A stretch of 64,000 bases of DNA from Octopus bimaculoides (GCF_001194135.2 NC_068983.1:31817858-31881857); one strand, 5' to 3'. Shown: positions 37,101 to 51,987, numbered from the stretch's first letter. Program-made: numbers and translations. The notes: generated by a model not told the origin, from the letters alone.

Positions 37101-40100
37101 TTGGAGTGTCATTTTTGAGTCTTATGTCCTATAAGGCTCAGCAAAACAGCCAACAAACCATCAACCAGTTTGTCCTGTGTAAGGAGAGAGGTAAAAAGAA
37201 CAGAGAATGCAGTAAATGAAATTGCTGGAGATGCATGTGAAGGAGTGAATCATGAATTTTTGAAAATATATATTCATATATGTTTGCAAAAGTCATGATC
37301 CACTCTCTTTTCTCACAAGTTAAAATTTCTCACTATTTGTGTTCAAGTAACAGTAAGATTTGTAGTTACAGCAAATCATCACTTCAAATGAATAAATTCT
37401 ACTATATGTATTAAGTACATTTTCTATGGTTTAACATCCAAAGAGATATATATACAATTTAACATTGAAGGATTGCTCAGTACTATTTCGTAGAGTACAT
37501 ATTCACTAACTTTTACAAGGAAAAGTTGGCAGTGATTTCAAAGTTTTTAGTTTGTTTACCTTCATCACAGTTATTGTTATATTCTAATTCTGTTAGTAAA
37601 TTAGCACATGTGTTGCACTCTGTTGGGCAGTTATCACTAAAAATTGGTATTATTATTAAGATAGTGAGCTAGCAGAATCATTAGCATGCTGGACCAAATG
37701 CTTTGTGGCATTTCTTCCAGTTTTACAGTGTGAGTTCAAATTCTGCTTAAGTTGGCTTTGTTTTTCATCTTTTTGGGGGTCAATAAAATACCAGTTGAGC
37801 ACTGGGTTTGATGTAATCAACTGGCCACTTCCCCACTAAATTTCAGGCTTTGCCCCTCTAATAGAAAGGATTATTATTATTGTTATTATCATTACTACTC
37901 TTGAAGAAATATTGCCCTCTGGGTGGTTTTCTGTTACTATATATAATTGTGACTTAATTCTGCAGTCATAGAAAGAGAATTCAATGAGTACATTGTTTGT
38001 AGAGCAGTTAATTTGAGTTGGATTATGGTAAGAGAGAGAGAATAATGCAGAGCTAACAAAATCTTGTGCTTTAGTTGCCTTCACAGCTGTTCTCTCATTG
38101 TCCTCTGTGTGTATGTGAGCAATAAGGTTTCATACACTGGGATAGGCTAGTTCCTTGTCCATTGAATTTTGGAGACACATCAGAATTAATTATGAGAGAG
38201 GGGCACTGTGAAAATATTGCATATATGTTGGTCAAGTCAGTTCCCAAGCAATTAGTCCACAATCATATTTCGGATGATGGTTTATACTTTTGTGAAATAT
38301 AAGTTACTTGTAGTTATTCAATCTTAAACATTTTTGTTTTGCTTTTGTGTTGCTCTCTTCAATCTTTATATATTTATGTAAAAACTAAGGAAGTTTATGA
38401 CCCAGTTTAAATTTCCCAGCTGAGCAATTACTCTATTTTAACAAGTAGCCATTCCCCAGGAAGGCTATGAACATCACAATTTGCCATTATTCGTCTATGT
38501 TTTAGGATTTATGAATCTATAGTAAAGAAAACCGTTTAATCACATAACTTAGCAGCAGCAGCAAGTTTAAAATCTATTGCTATGAAGGACTGACTGACTA
38601 ACTGACATGCTAAATTCCTGAAAAATCACATTAAAAAATAATATCAACAAATGTTACTTCACTTCTATGCAATGCAGCTTGAGTTGACTAAATGAAATTA
38701 TAGGAAGATTTACTGTTGACTTGTTTTATCTCTATGTTTGTGCAAATCTACCACTACTTCAAAACTTACTAAGACCACCACCATTAATATTACTCATATA
38801 ACTTTTACCGTTTCAAAGTGACAGCCACTGTTACTGTCACCACCACAATTACCACTGCAAGAGATCACTGCTAAGTTATCTTAGACAGAATGCCTTTATG
38901 TGACTACTTGACAATTAGAAATAGCAACCAAATATCCCTCAAATCGTACCTTACAATCTTTAAAAAGGAAGGAACATTGCACAATGGTATCCTAAGTTCA
39001 CTGAATGTAGAGGAAAAGACACAGTGGTATGACTGGGATGCCTTAGGTCAGAGTCTGTTCAATCAGGATTGACTTGGATCTAAACAACAACTAATACAGT
39101 GAAATAATCATCATTAACAACAATACTGTTATAGCATTCCTCTATGTCAGTGTTTCCCCGCCTTTTTTCTTTATCATTTTTAGTCTAGCATCTCTTCTGA
39201 TGATAAGTCTAATTGACCGGCACCCATCTTAACGCTTTAGCATTCAGGTTACTCTGTCAAATGTTTATTTATTCACATTCTTTTGAATTAATGATGCAAT
39301 ATCCTGTAGCTTTGCATGTTTGATGATGTGATTTTATATTTTTAGAATGACATTGTAGGGTAGGTGTGAGAAATCAGATCTAGCTGGTTTCAACATAAAA
39401 CAGGATATGTTTGATTTAAATGCATTTAATAGTAGTATTCAAAAGCAGGTAAAATTTAATTTGAATTTCACCTGCCTATACCTGCTGAAATGAAGCTTGT
39501 GGGTGCTAGAAACCAATGTTGGAAAAAATAGCTCTATATGGCTGTTGAACCTGCTAGAAATAGCAACCAAATCACTTTCGAATCAATCTTTGCTATTTTA
39601 AATAAAGAAGAATACATTGAACAATGCAGTTGTTGACATATAAAAAGACAAGATGGTTACAACTAGAATGTTGAACAACAACAGAATTACTACTAATTCC
39701 CTCTCCCCAATCACTAACACAAGTATTAATACTAACACCCACACAACCACACACTTCCACCACAACTACTACCAGATACAATGTTCACCACTACTGCCAT
39801 AAACATCTCCACTATCACCACCACTCTGTCACATGTGTTACCACTGCCATTACTATTGTCACATACATGTAAGATCACCACTACTACAACAACTACTACA
39901 ACTACTACTACCAATACCACCACCTATAACTATCTTCACCTTCACTACCACAAACATTGTGCCTTTGAAAAGTTGATATGTTTATATTTTGAGATCTAAA
40001 TAGAGAGAAAATTAATCCATAACACGTGGAAGGGGAAAGACTATGTGTGTTATTGGTGTGTTGGCTATAAATATGCATTTCATGTTTTGTCACCAATTCT

Positions 40101-41149
40101 GTATCTCTGGCCAAGATACTCTTTTTGTCTTTCCATTCCATACATTCACCATCAATAATAGTTTCAACAATAATAGCATCACTGGAAATTTCAGCTCAGT
40201 GAAATATACTAATAAAATTAGTAATTACATTATACTGGAATAAATTGAAATATTACAAAGCCTCACAGTAGATAAATTAAGAAGGAAAACACATTCTTTC
40301 TATGCTACTAATGTGTGGAAAAAGAGGGAGTCTCCTGACAGACTGTTTAATGATTTGTTGACTTCTCAGAGAAAATATTCTTGGCTTCCATCCCTAATCA
40401 ATGGCACTAGCTGGGTGCTATGTAAAGCAATCATAAATTAGACTAGTGCAAGAGTTGATAACCTAATTTGCATATAATTAAATGCTGCGTTGTGCATAAA
40501 ACAGTTATTATTTTGAAACTGTTTTTATGTGTAATATTCATTGTGCCTAAATCTTAAGATTAATGAGTCCAGTTTTTACAACAGGCTTTAGCTGAAAACT
40601 CCAGTAGGTACCTTGATCTGGTTTTGTTAACCATAGCTAGCTCTAAAAGAATAAATGAGAGAAAGAAAGAGAGTACCTCTGTGTAGGTGTTTGATCTGTT
40701 AGAAATAGTTGCCACATCTCTTCAAATTACTACTGTCTTAAAATAGAAATGTCATCTAATGTACTATCAAGTGTACTAAGGCTGAAAAAAAAAAAAAGAC
40801 CAGACTTTTGTAGCTGAAATGTCTTTGATTACTGGTCTACTTTGTCATCACTGATCTGGAACAAAACAGTAACAGCTTTGGAGAGATAATTAGGAGAGGT
40901 TACTTTCTGCTGTGTTTATACTCAGTATCATACATGAAAATTAAGCACAACAATCATAAGACTAATTATTACAGAGTGACATGCTGAAAGGAAGGGATGT
41001 GTTGCTAAACTGAAAGCAAAAATGTATACTGTATATCATAAGAAATGCCATGATTTAAGGAAGGGTGATGGTGGGGGGTGAAGACTAGACATGAGAGTGA
41101 TGGATAAGAGTATCACATTGTAGAAAAAGAAAAACAATGATTTGCAGAT

Positions 41150-41420
41150 GATGCACATTTGAGCCAGTGATGGATGTTTTGAACAGAAATGGGATGAGAT
41201 GGCTGGGTTAGGAAGGAGAAGAGTAACTGGGTGCAAGGAATGATAGAAGTAAATGTGAAAGGAAGAAGAGAAAGAGGAAGACTGAGAGACATGAGTAAAG
41301 GTTATAGGTGAAGATCTAAGGACTAAAAGAATTAGTGAAAGAAGATTCACAGAATAGGGGGAAATGAAGAAGATTATCGTAGTACCGGCTGGACTAACTC
41401 TCATTTCAGTGAGATAAATG
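41150..41420 (+). mobile_element. RTE LINE 3' end remnant
   Basis: RNGMRWLG...MIEVNVKGRRERGRLRD resembles RLRWFGH...MEVEGRRRRGRP. Confidence 0.6.
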
Positions 41421-44400
41421 GCCTTAAAACTTGTTTTATTCTGCATTATTGTGTGTGTGTGTGTGTGTGTGCGCACATGCACAAGGGAGAGGGAGAGAGA
41501 GAAACAGTATTATAAATTTAGTTTCATGACTGAATGTCAGAGTATTCAATGACTGTTAATTTACCTTTCCACCCCTGGATGGTTCTTTAATAAGGTTCAG
41601 TAACATGAATTGGCTGTTATGAAACTAATTTATAATACATAATACTATATAAATAATACACCCACTCTATTATCTAATATTTGTGTGCCTGTTTTTTCTG
41701 ACTTACGAAAACTTGTTGGACAACTACATATATATATATATATATACACTTACACATATATATAGAGAGAGAGAGAGGACAAGTGCAATGAATGTAGCCA
41801 GTTGCTTGACATTTCTCTATGAAGGATATCTTCCAGTGAATAAGCAACTCTATAGACTTCATTGAAGAGGAGAATGGGAACTGTGACATTCATGCCTTTC
41901 CCTTGACAGTGTAATCAAAAGAAGTGGTGGGAAAACATTATAGAAGCATATTCTTTCATTACCACTGCACTTGATGACGTTTTTATAATCAAATGTGTCC
42001 ATTTGGTTTCAGTGCAGGAAAACATTAGCAATGTCTAAACTAATGCACAGATTTTATTCTTTACTCTATAGTGTTTGCCATCATACATACACACATTTGT
42101 ATGTATGCGTGCTTGTGTGTGTGTGTGTGTGTTATATTGAAATTTCATCAGGTTTATGGCTTATTTAAACAATGTAGAGAAGTCATAGATCCAGTGAAAC
42201 ACTATATTAAATTGTAGGCAATATTAGATTGTACATGTATATTGTAGTCAATGTTTGTTGGGTTTGCGGTTGGTTACCTGTACAAATGTTTTATTTGTTT
42301 AGGTCATTAGACTGTGGTCATTCAGGGGATACCACTTGGAGTTTTTTGGTGGGGGCAGGGTGTAAAATGAATGGGTGCTGGTGTGTTTATGTTCCTGTAA
42401 CTTAGTGGTTTGGCAAAAGAGACTAAAGGAATAAGTACCAAGCTTGTTTACAACTATCACATGTCAGGATAAGGGTGCATGTGCACAGACACACACACAC
42501 ACACACATTTGGTGACCCCACTACTGCACTGGCCCCCAGTACATTCTGTAAATGTAAAGTGGTTAGTGTTAGGAAGTGCATCCAGCCATAGAAACCTTGC
42601 CAAAGCAGACAGTAGAGTTCGGCACAGTCTTCTGGCTTGCTAGCTCATGTCAAACCATCCAACCCATAGGAGGAGGACATTCAATGATGATGATTGTATA
42701 CACACACACTCACAACAGGCTTCTTTCAGTTTCACCAACCAAATCCACTCACAAGGCTTTGGTCAACCTGGGGCTATAGAGAAAGACTCTTTTGCAAGGT
42801 GTGCTGTGGGACTGAACCAGAGACCGCACGCTCATGCCTGCACCTATTATTATATATAATTTATAAGTACACTCATGTTCAGCATTTAATCTCTGCTGGT
42901 TTCATATAAATGCACTGAGATGTAGTAAATATTTTGTGGGTGATAATGTTTTTACAAGTAAAGTTTCTTGACAAACTGGTTTATAAAAGTATGTCTAATT
43001 AGCTTCCACTCTCTTACATTCTGTTGTTGCCAGTGTTGTTGCAATGAAGAAGAATTTAGCTGCTGCCATTGAACTGCATCTGCTGCATGTTTTCAATATT
43101 TGGTTTTTACTATTTGACTTCTGTGGTGAAAAAAGTATGAATGTCACATCATCATGTTTCAGCTATCTTATATAATTCTGATATCCTTGTTTGTACTTTA
43201 TCAGTAGTTGATATTGATTTGCATTTTGTATTATTGCAGAAAACAAGGTCATTTGCATGGTATATAGTCGATTGAATTCACTTCACTGTATTACTCAGAG
43301 AGGTGGAGTAATAGATTCTGGCCTAGATTGGTTTCTAAACTAGTAGATGTTGACTTACGTTTCTTTTCAAAAGCAAATGAATTAATGGTAGTAATAATAA
43401 TAATAATGTGTGTGTGTGTGCATACACATACTCACACATTCACCACAATACTAGCTATGCCTAAACAATCATGTATTTGGCCACCTTAGTACAGACCTCA
43501 CAACTCCTCCCAAGAGCTAATAATCCTCTATTACTATTAAGCATTGTTCCCTGAGGTAATTAATTGTGAAGTCAACTTTTTCAAAAATAACTGATATAGG
43601 TGCACATATTACTGTGTTACTTATGGAGTATTGGGTTTGCCACAAAATGGAATATTTCTTGAGACACTATACTTAGATGGTTGCCAATAAATTCTAAATG
43701 GTTCATCACCTGCCAGTGAAATATTAGTATCCCCACCACAACCAACAGATGTTGACCTGATATTTCAGTGGTTTTCACCATAAATCTATAACCCTAGACC
43801 AGATCACTTTTACCTTTCAGATTTTGATAGCTAATAGTGACAATTTTCTAACTATATTTTTATGTTCTATTATGATCCACTAAAAATTTAGAATGTTATT
43901 TCTACTCTTTTTTTTATTGATTTTTTTTACTTAAAACCCTAAAACTAAATTAGATTTCATGGATGCAAATGACTGAGAATTTAGACTTTGTTTAATTTGT
44001 AAGTTACTTTAAAAGGACCAAATTAAGTCACTTCACACTAATACATATAGATTTTATTGTAGGCTTTGAGACTAATTAGCTGTTTGACTGCAAAAAAAGT
44101 TTTCTGATACAAAAGAATGACAATGTTTATTATTTTCCCATGTTCTTAACATGATTTCTGTTTGTTTTGGCATCTGTCACTTGTACAATTTTGATTTTCA
44201 CTTTTTTTATCATCAGTCATTGTTTTTTATTTACATAAATCACATTTTGCTTGATATATTGCAAGATATTTGTTTCTACCATTTAATCTTTTACTTAGAA
44301 TCTCTAAGAAAATATAGTGAAATTGGTTTCACATGCATATCTAATGTGGATGAATTTGTACTACTCACCAAAATGCCAAATGTTTTGATTTGGAAGTATC

Positions 44401-45270
44401 TTATAAGGCAGAACGGACAGATTTTCCTCCTTTTTTTAACCCCCAATCTTTAGACAGCAGCCATACTGAGGTACAGACTGTAACAGTTGAGTCAGTCATT
44501 TTGACCTCAGAACTTATTTTAATCTCATACTTCTTTATTCGTCAAAAAGTTAGGTTACTAGACATAAAAGGACACAACATACACAACACTTGTTTTTTGG
44601 GTTTTTTTCTTTTCTTCTTTTAGACCAGTATAAATATAAACACACACACGCGCACACACCAGTATATAATTATGTAAGCCAAAGTAGCTTACAACCTCTG
44701 TAATGAATTCCTTTCTGTGCATTTGAGAATATGCCACCATCAGTGTTTTACTGTGATTATGTAGAAATAGGTGTCATGCTCAAAAGGCTCATCAAACTGC
44801 CTGAAGGAGATATAATCTCATGATATTTGAACCAAGAGCCCATTGTTCTCTTGACAAATACATATACAGGCACTGATTTTAATATGTATAAGCTTTGTGC
44901 CAATAATGCAAGTTTATTTTCTCATTGTGAAGGCCTTCAACTTACTACCATTCTTTGATCATTGATCTCAAAATAGACATTACACTTTCTGGTTTCTGTA
45001 GAGAAATTACATCAGAGTAAATGATTTCAGTTTTTAGTACCAGCTTTGTGTTCTAGGTTCAACCCTTAATAGGGTCAGCTTTGTTTTTTTTTATCTTTCC
45101 TAATAGAATAATTATCAATTGTTTTCTGGAATCAGCTGTAAATTCACACACACTGAACATTTTTAACCTTGTGCCAATGTTAGAAGCTTATAATTTAGCA
45201 GTAATTTTGAATATTTGTCTCACAGTTTATGAATTGAATATAAATAACTTAATTATTATATAATGTGTAT

Positions 45271-45470
45271 ATCATCATCATCATTGTTTAACGTCCGCTT
45301 TCCATGCTAGCATGGGTTGGACGATTTGACTGAGGACTGGTGAAACCAGATGGCTACACCAGGCTCCAATCTGAGTCTGGTGCAGCCTTTTTGCTTGCCA
45401 GTCCTCAGTCAAACCGTCCAACTCATGCCAGCATGGAAAGCAGTCATTAAATGATGATGATGATGATGAT
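45271..45470. repeat. Fold-back pair of family B tails (about 95-bp arms, 6-nt loop)
   Basis: (CAT)n-aacgtccgctttccatgctagcatgggttggacg...ccaggctc|caatct|gagtctgg...ccgtccaactcatgccagcatggaaagc-(ATG)n. Confidence 0.9.
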
Positions 45471-46793
45471 ATATGCACACACATACACAAAAGTATACTA
45501 TTATATAAACATTTAATTTATTTCCTAGATTTTAGTAATTATTTTGTTTAAATTTTCACATCTTTGTTCTTTTAAACAAAAAATAATAAATGGAACTAAA
45601 AATAGTCTTCCTGCACCTGAAGGTATATTTGAACAACCTACCTGTTCAAACATTTCATATATGACAATGTGATCCATGACAACAACACGCACGCACACAC
45701 ACACACATATCACACAGATTTCTCTCTATTCTGTTTATCTGTAAATTCTTTTGTTGAACAGAGAAGTTCCAGGTATTGAAACAAGGTCTAGAATTGAAGT
45801 GCCTTAGAGTTAACCTAGAAAAAAACCAAAGTCTTAATAAGTAGAAAAATAGACAAATCACAAATCGCTTCAGGTAGATGGCCTTGTGTTGGGCCTTGCA
45901 GAGTCAATAACTGAGACTTGGCTTTATGTTGTGCTTGAGAAGAAGACCCATCAAGCCAAGTAAAATCACAGTCATGGCAGATATCAGTGTCATGCAAATT
46001 GTACCCGTGCCAGTGGCGCATAAAAGCACCCATTACACTCTCAGAGTGGTTGGTGTTAGGAAGGGCATCCAGCCAAATCAGACTGGAGTCTGGTGCAGCC
46101 TTCCAGCTCGCCAGCCCTGGTCAAACTGTCCAACTCATTCCAGCATGGACAATGGATGCTAAATGATGATGATGAACAGAATGAAATAGTACAGTTTCAA
46201 GTGCTAAATAATTCCAAATAAATTTATTATTGACTAATAGAAAGAGAGAGACAGACTAACAAGGAGATATAGATATAGTTGTGTAGATACTCAATACCAG
46301 ATGTATATATACATGTGTGTATATTAGGGGAGGTGTGTAACATTAAAAAAAAATGAGCAAAATATGGTCTCTGCAAGCTGCATTGCAGACTACCAATCCA
46401 AGAGAGTAGTGACTTTGAATAAGAACTAATTCTAGATAGTGAAGACTTAATCTTCCTCACATAGGACAACCTCTGTAGTGCTGATGACATAATATGTGCC
46501 TAGTACACTCTGTAAAATGATAAGTGACTGGAAGGGCATCTAAGCCTAGGAAACATGATAATAGAACATATGAGCAAGATATGGCTCTTCGTGTTACATT
46601 GCAGGTTACTTATTGAAGAGAGCAGTAACTCAAAATAAGGTTATAAAGGACTCTCATCCTTATCTCTGGTGCTTGTGTGCCAGATGACAAAGGCCTATGA
46701 CTAGGGACAAGATGGTGTGAAACCTGTCCTTTCCAGCATGAAAAACTGAGCATAAGAAATGTTAATAGTGGTGGTTGCAGTGCTGGCAACAGC

Positions 46794-46835
<42 letters not shown>

Positions 46836-47389
46836 GTAGTAGTAGTATGTGTGTCGTATATGTGAGAGAGAGAGAGGTGGGAGAGGTGTGCTAATCAGTA
46901 TAAGAAACGTCATAGTATATTAGGAATCCTAGAGCTTCATTTTTAACTCCTAGCAATAAATCTGCAATGACGATATAAGTGCAATAAGATCAATTTAACT
47001 GAACTAACACAACTCCAGTGAAAATAAGAATTTGCATACTCATTCAGATCATTATAAAATTATTCATTATAAATGTACTAAAACCAAATTATTTGATCAT
47101 GTGATGAATTTTTATTTTTGTTTCACATCCAGTTATCAAAGGATTCAAAGCATGATTATGCTCAATATTGGTTTTAGAATATTTATTTTCACAGTTTTAT
47201 ATGTATTTTTGATCAAATCAATCATACTAGTTTTGCATTACAACTGCAAACTTATTTGCTTTCCTTGTAGCAATATCCAAATAGCAAGTGAATCACCATA
47301 GAAAACCACAGGCTTTTCAAAATAATTAAATAATTTTCCTAGAAATTTGATGAAACTCTTCCCAATTTATTTACATTTAACTGATATTA

Positions 47390-47652
47390 TTTCAGCTGAT
47401 ATACCCTCCAGCCTTCTTCGGGTGTCTTGGGGAAATTTCGAACCTGGGTTCTCATTCCTAAGGTTTTTTTTCCAATGTTGTTGTTGTTGCTGTTGCCACT
47501 GCCTGGAATTGAACTAGGAATCTTTGGGTTAGTAGCCTGCGCTCTTAACCACTATGCCATATGCCCATGAGCATATGGTGTAGTGGTTAAGAGCACAGGC
47601 TACTAACCCCAAGATTCCGAGTTCAATTCCAGGCAGTGTCATCAACAACAAT
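47390..47652. mobile_element. Head-to-head pair of family C SINEs (minus copy 47390-47566; plus head-only copy 47571-47652)
   Basis: Same A/B boxes and tail as the 12.3-kb copies. Minus-copy core reads CCGAAGA-A-GGCTG..CAGCT-GAAA and ends right after GAAA. Confidence 0.85.
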
Positions 47653-48440
47653 CTTCACATGCAGTGAATATGAATTTATGAGCTGGGTGTTTGATACCTT
47701 TTTCCATTTGCGTGTGTGTGTGTGTGTGTGTGTGTGTGCATGCACACACACACACACACACACATTCACTTGTGGACATAGATAGATGGAGATAGTTAGG
47801 TCACCGTGTCTGATAAATAACATGTTTCATAAATACTGAAAGGTAGGTTGATTGATCTCAAGAGTGTTCTTGTTGTAGATCCCTAGTCAGCTGAAACCTA
47901 TAACATCTAAATTCACAGTGTGCAAAAAAATGTTATTAGTATGTTTGTATGCATGGCTTAAAACATTGCAACAACCACCAGATTGTTGCACCAATTGCTT
48001 GCTAAATTAATGTTCAAATATAAACAGTCCTTAAAGTTTCAATATTGTTTTCTTCTCATAAGAAAGTAGTATTTGAACTGTCAAGATTTGACAGAGCTTG
48101 TAGAGTTCTAGCAGGTCTATGGCAAAGAAGTAGCTAATTAAAATTTAGTCAATTAGTGCTCAACTTGTGGTCATCCTATATTCATCAGTGATGCAGTATG
48201 CTGTTCTAAAAAATCTGGACCTTAAATTACAGTGCCTTCATTCTGTTATGTTGTGCAGTTCAAACACAAGCACTAACTGGAGCTAAACAACAAAAATTGT
48301 TATATTGTCAATTCAGATCATATACAGTAACAAAAAAATACAATGGCTCATGTGTGATGGGGAGAACAAGCCAGAACAAAGTTTCTTCTTCATGGTGTGA
48401 AGTAAACTTTACAAAGGAGGACAGCATGCCAGTCTGTTAC

Positions 48441-48469
48441 CTGTAGTGATCTAGTGCCTGTTCTCAGTG
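48441..48469 (-). CDS. Candidate micro-exon (probably gene B), phase 1 to 0
   Basis: atattttttatcatag acceptor, CAG|gtaaca donor, 29 nt, (x)LRTGTRSLQ. Phase fits the 52050-52125 candidate. Confidence 0.4.
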
Positions 48470-51130
48470 CTATGATAAAAAATATATAACAAAGGTGTCC
48501 TGCATTAGGATCAGCCCTGGGAACACTTGGTTGGAAAATGAGCATCTTAATTACATGGCCTTGACTGCTGCTTAATAATGATTTCTTAAATTGGCACAAG
48601 GTTATAAACCTTGGTATTTTGACAGCAATGTTTATGGAGGGAGAGGAGTTGAAAACTTCCCAAAATATACATAGTCAAGTGGAAACGAGCCAACAAAGAA
48701 ACCTCTTCATGGTCAGTCATTCTGCTAAAAATAACAACCAAATTATCTCATCTTGCCCTACTATTTTAAAAAAGGAATGGTGCATTAGATAATGTCCTAA
48801 TTACATTATGTTTGAATAAGAAGCAAAAAGGTCACAACTGGAATGATTGTGGTCATAGCTTTATTCTAGCAGTTAATGGGTCTAAACAACTTCACTTCTT
48901 TATTTTGTTACCCTACCTACAAAATTCAAGGAACAATCTGTTTTAGTCTTCTAATTTGTAACTTTTCTCTGAAAGTATTTTACTAGTTTGTGCAATGAAA
49001 ACAAAGTGTTATGGTGTGAATGGAATGACTACCCTGTCAGTGTTCATCTTGGGAATAGAACCAAGAGAGGACTTATACCCATTGTGGCAGCTGGTCATGT
49101 TTCTCAAGTGCCCTGATTATCCAAATAGTTCTCCTCTGCATTTGGAAGTATATGTTAATTGTATATACGGAAAAATTTGTAATCTTCATACACATATATA
49201 TATATATATATATCTTCATACATATATATATATATATATATATTATACTTATCACTACTCTCAGCCTTTGAGTCACTTTGTAACTTCTACCGATAAAAAA
49301 TAAAATATATATGACGAATATGTGTGTGCACATGCATGTTTGTATGTGTTTGTGTCTTTATTTTTGTTCAATGCTCTACTGCACATCAGTCTATTCTTGG
49401 ACTGTTCCAGTAAGATATCTGTGTTACTATGACAAGAGATTTCTAGTCTCTTACATGACTTTTCTCTATTTCTGGCAAAAGAGCATAACCTAACTGATTC
49501 CAAGAGAGACATAGGGGGAGGTCAAAGCATCAGCTCCAATACCCTAATGACTCAGTTAATTGTGTGTGTGTGTGCATGCGCGCGCACATGTGTGCAAGAT
49601 AGACACATATGAAACTAGGCAATACAATCTTAGTTTATCTAATTAAGATGATGATGCTTAATCTTTAAGATTGCACAATAAATCTAGGTAGTCAGTTCTG
49701 TGATTTCTGAGAATTACACTGATGCAAAAGATGTGCTTCATATGTACCAGATGAAGTATGAAATATTTACAAGTTACTTCACAAGACATACATTTCAGCC
49801 ACTGTTAAATTAAAGTCATATGCCCACACAATATATAGTAGTTATTAGAGGTATATCAATTAATCAGAAACAGACAAGCAATTACTCCATATGTATCCAG
49901 GAAATAAGTTAGAAAGATAGTGAAAAATGCCTTCAGCATGTTCTACTGAGGGAATGTATATGTGTGTGTGTTTGGTAAACAAGATTATTTCAACATAGAA
50001 TTATAAAGTTCCTTATGTTCAGTTTAGAACAATAACCACAACTAAAGATAAAGAATTGATTTGGAAATATGAAAAATCTTTATAAAAATTATTTATAGTT
50101 GTGTCTTCAGTTTATGCATGCACACACACACACATTGGGTGTACATGTTTGTACATGGATCTGCATATGAATAAGTTTTGTGTGTGTATGTGTATTTCAA
50201 AGTTGAATTTTTTCTCACCACAGCAACTAAAAATTTAAACTTTAATTTTAAATTAGTGTATGAACTGCTGTAAAAAGTGAAAACACTTGACTTGGGGAGA
50301 AGCCTCATCTTCGATTACATGAATAAACTCAACAAGTATTGAATACATATTTCCTTCATTTGTCAATTCAGACACACGCACGTGCACAGGTATTAGAAAC
50401 TGAAAATTCTTGAAATGTATTCAGAGATCTTGTATATACAAACTATGTATTAAGTACTTTTCATGTATCTGTAAACATAAATGTTCACCAAATCCATATA
50501 TATCAGAATGTTTATCTTTGCTGACATATTCATAGATTTTCATCATTATTTTGCCCATATGGTTAAAAAAAAAGGAAATTATTATTACAAAACTTTAATT
50601 TATGTAGAAAGAGAAATTTAATGCCCTTCCCAAGAGATTTTTACATAAATTGTAAAGCAAAACAACTCCAAATATGGATCAGGCAAAAATAACTTTTAGT
50701 CATTATTATCATTATCATCATCATCATCATCATCATTACTATAATTACAAATCACAGCTGAGACTAACAGCTTGTCCTGCCTGATGTAGGACAGTGTGTG
50801 GGGCATAGCTTTAGGTGAGTTAATTACCCAGGTATTCTCCAACTAATTTCTCTTAGTCTAGTTTTAAAAATTATATCACATGGCCGGAGTGGGTGTGGGT
50901 TTTGTTTCTGTGAGTGAGTGCTGGAAGTTAGTGTAGTGACATTTGAAATTGGATAAACAGACATAACCTACCTTTCTGTTCATGGAAGAAGTAAAAAGTA
51001 ACAAATGGAATAAAAGAGTAAGAAAAAAACAGGTTGTTTCTCTCCCTCTCCCTCTAACACACACTTTCCCTCCCTCTCTCATGTACTCTCCCTCTTACTC
51101 ACATGCTCTTCCTCTCTGTCTTTCCCTCTT

Positions 51131-51180
<50 letters not shown>

Positions 51181-51955
51181 CACACTTTCTCTGGGGGTAT
51201 ATTACAACCAAGTGTCATGGGAGGTGTTAGGTAACATTGGGAGTATTATTTGCTGCCCATGCAGACAGATTATGTGTGTATCTGAAATACTTTCTCACAA
51301 GTTACAAGATCCTTATATGTGTGTGTGTGTGTGTAAAACTTCTCCAAAGGCATTATCCTTCTAAAATGAAGTATAACAGAATTTTCATCAGGAAATCAAT
51401 CAGAGGTTATATCTTACTAGACTCTGTGTCTGTGCATTTGTGTATATACTCATAATCATTATTTTGCATCCGCTTTCCATGCTAGTATGGACGGGACAAT
51501 TTGTTAGTCTGAGTTAGTTTTTATTCGAAATTACAACCCTTCCGGATGTGTCAGAGGACCACATCTCATTCATATGGTCCATCACCGTGTGTGTGCATAT
51601 ATGCTTACATTTGTGTATCTGTATGTGCGTATGTATGTCTGTATGTATGTATAGTGGAGCTCACCACAAACATTAAGATAATATATAGGAAATTAATTAA
51701 AGCATGTGTTGATGTTATAGTTTTCGCCAGACAGTAATTAAGAAACTTTTTTTTTTTTAAGTGATGTGATGGACAGGGTGAAGAGATAAAAAAAAAACCT
51801 TTTCTTTGCCTTTTTCTTTCCATATCAATTTGTTATGGTTTTTGTTGTCTCATAGTTTTTGGTACTTCCCAGCTTTCGCTCTAAGTTAACTTTTCTGTTC
51901 TGCACTGAATCCGAACCTACCACTTTCACAACTCCTCTCTCTCTTTCTCTCTCTT

Positions 51956-51987
<32 letters not shown>

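Noticed and set aside
40269-40440. 57-codon plus-strand open segment after a cacag (DKLRRKTHSFY...)
   Set aside because: No similarity to the ASH2L C-terminus, weak acceptor, and a length expected by chance.
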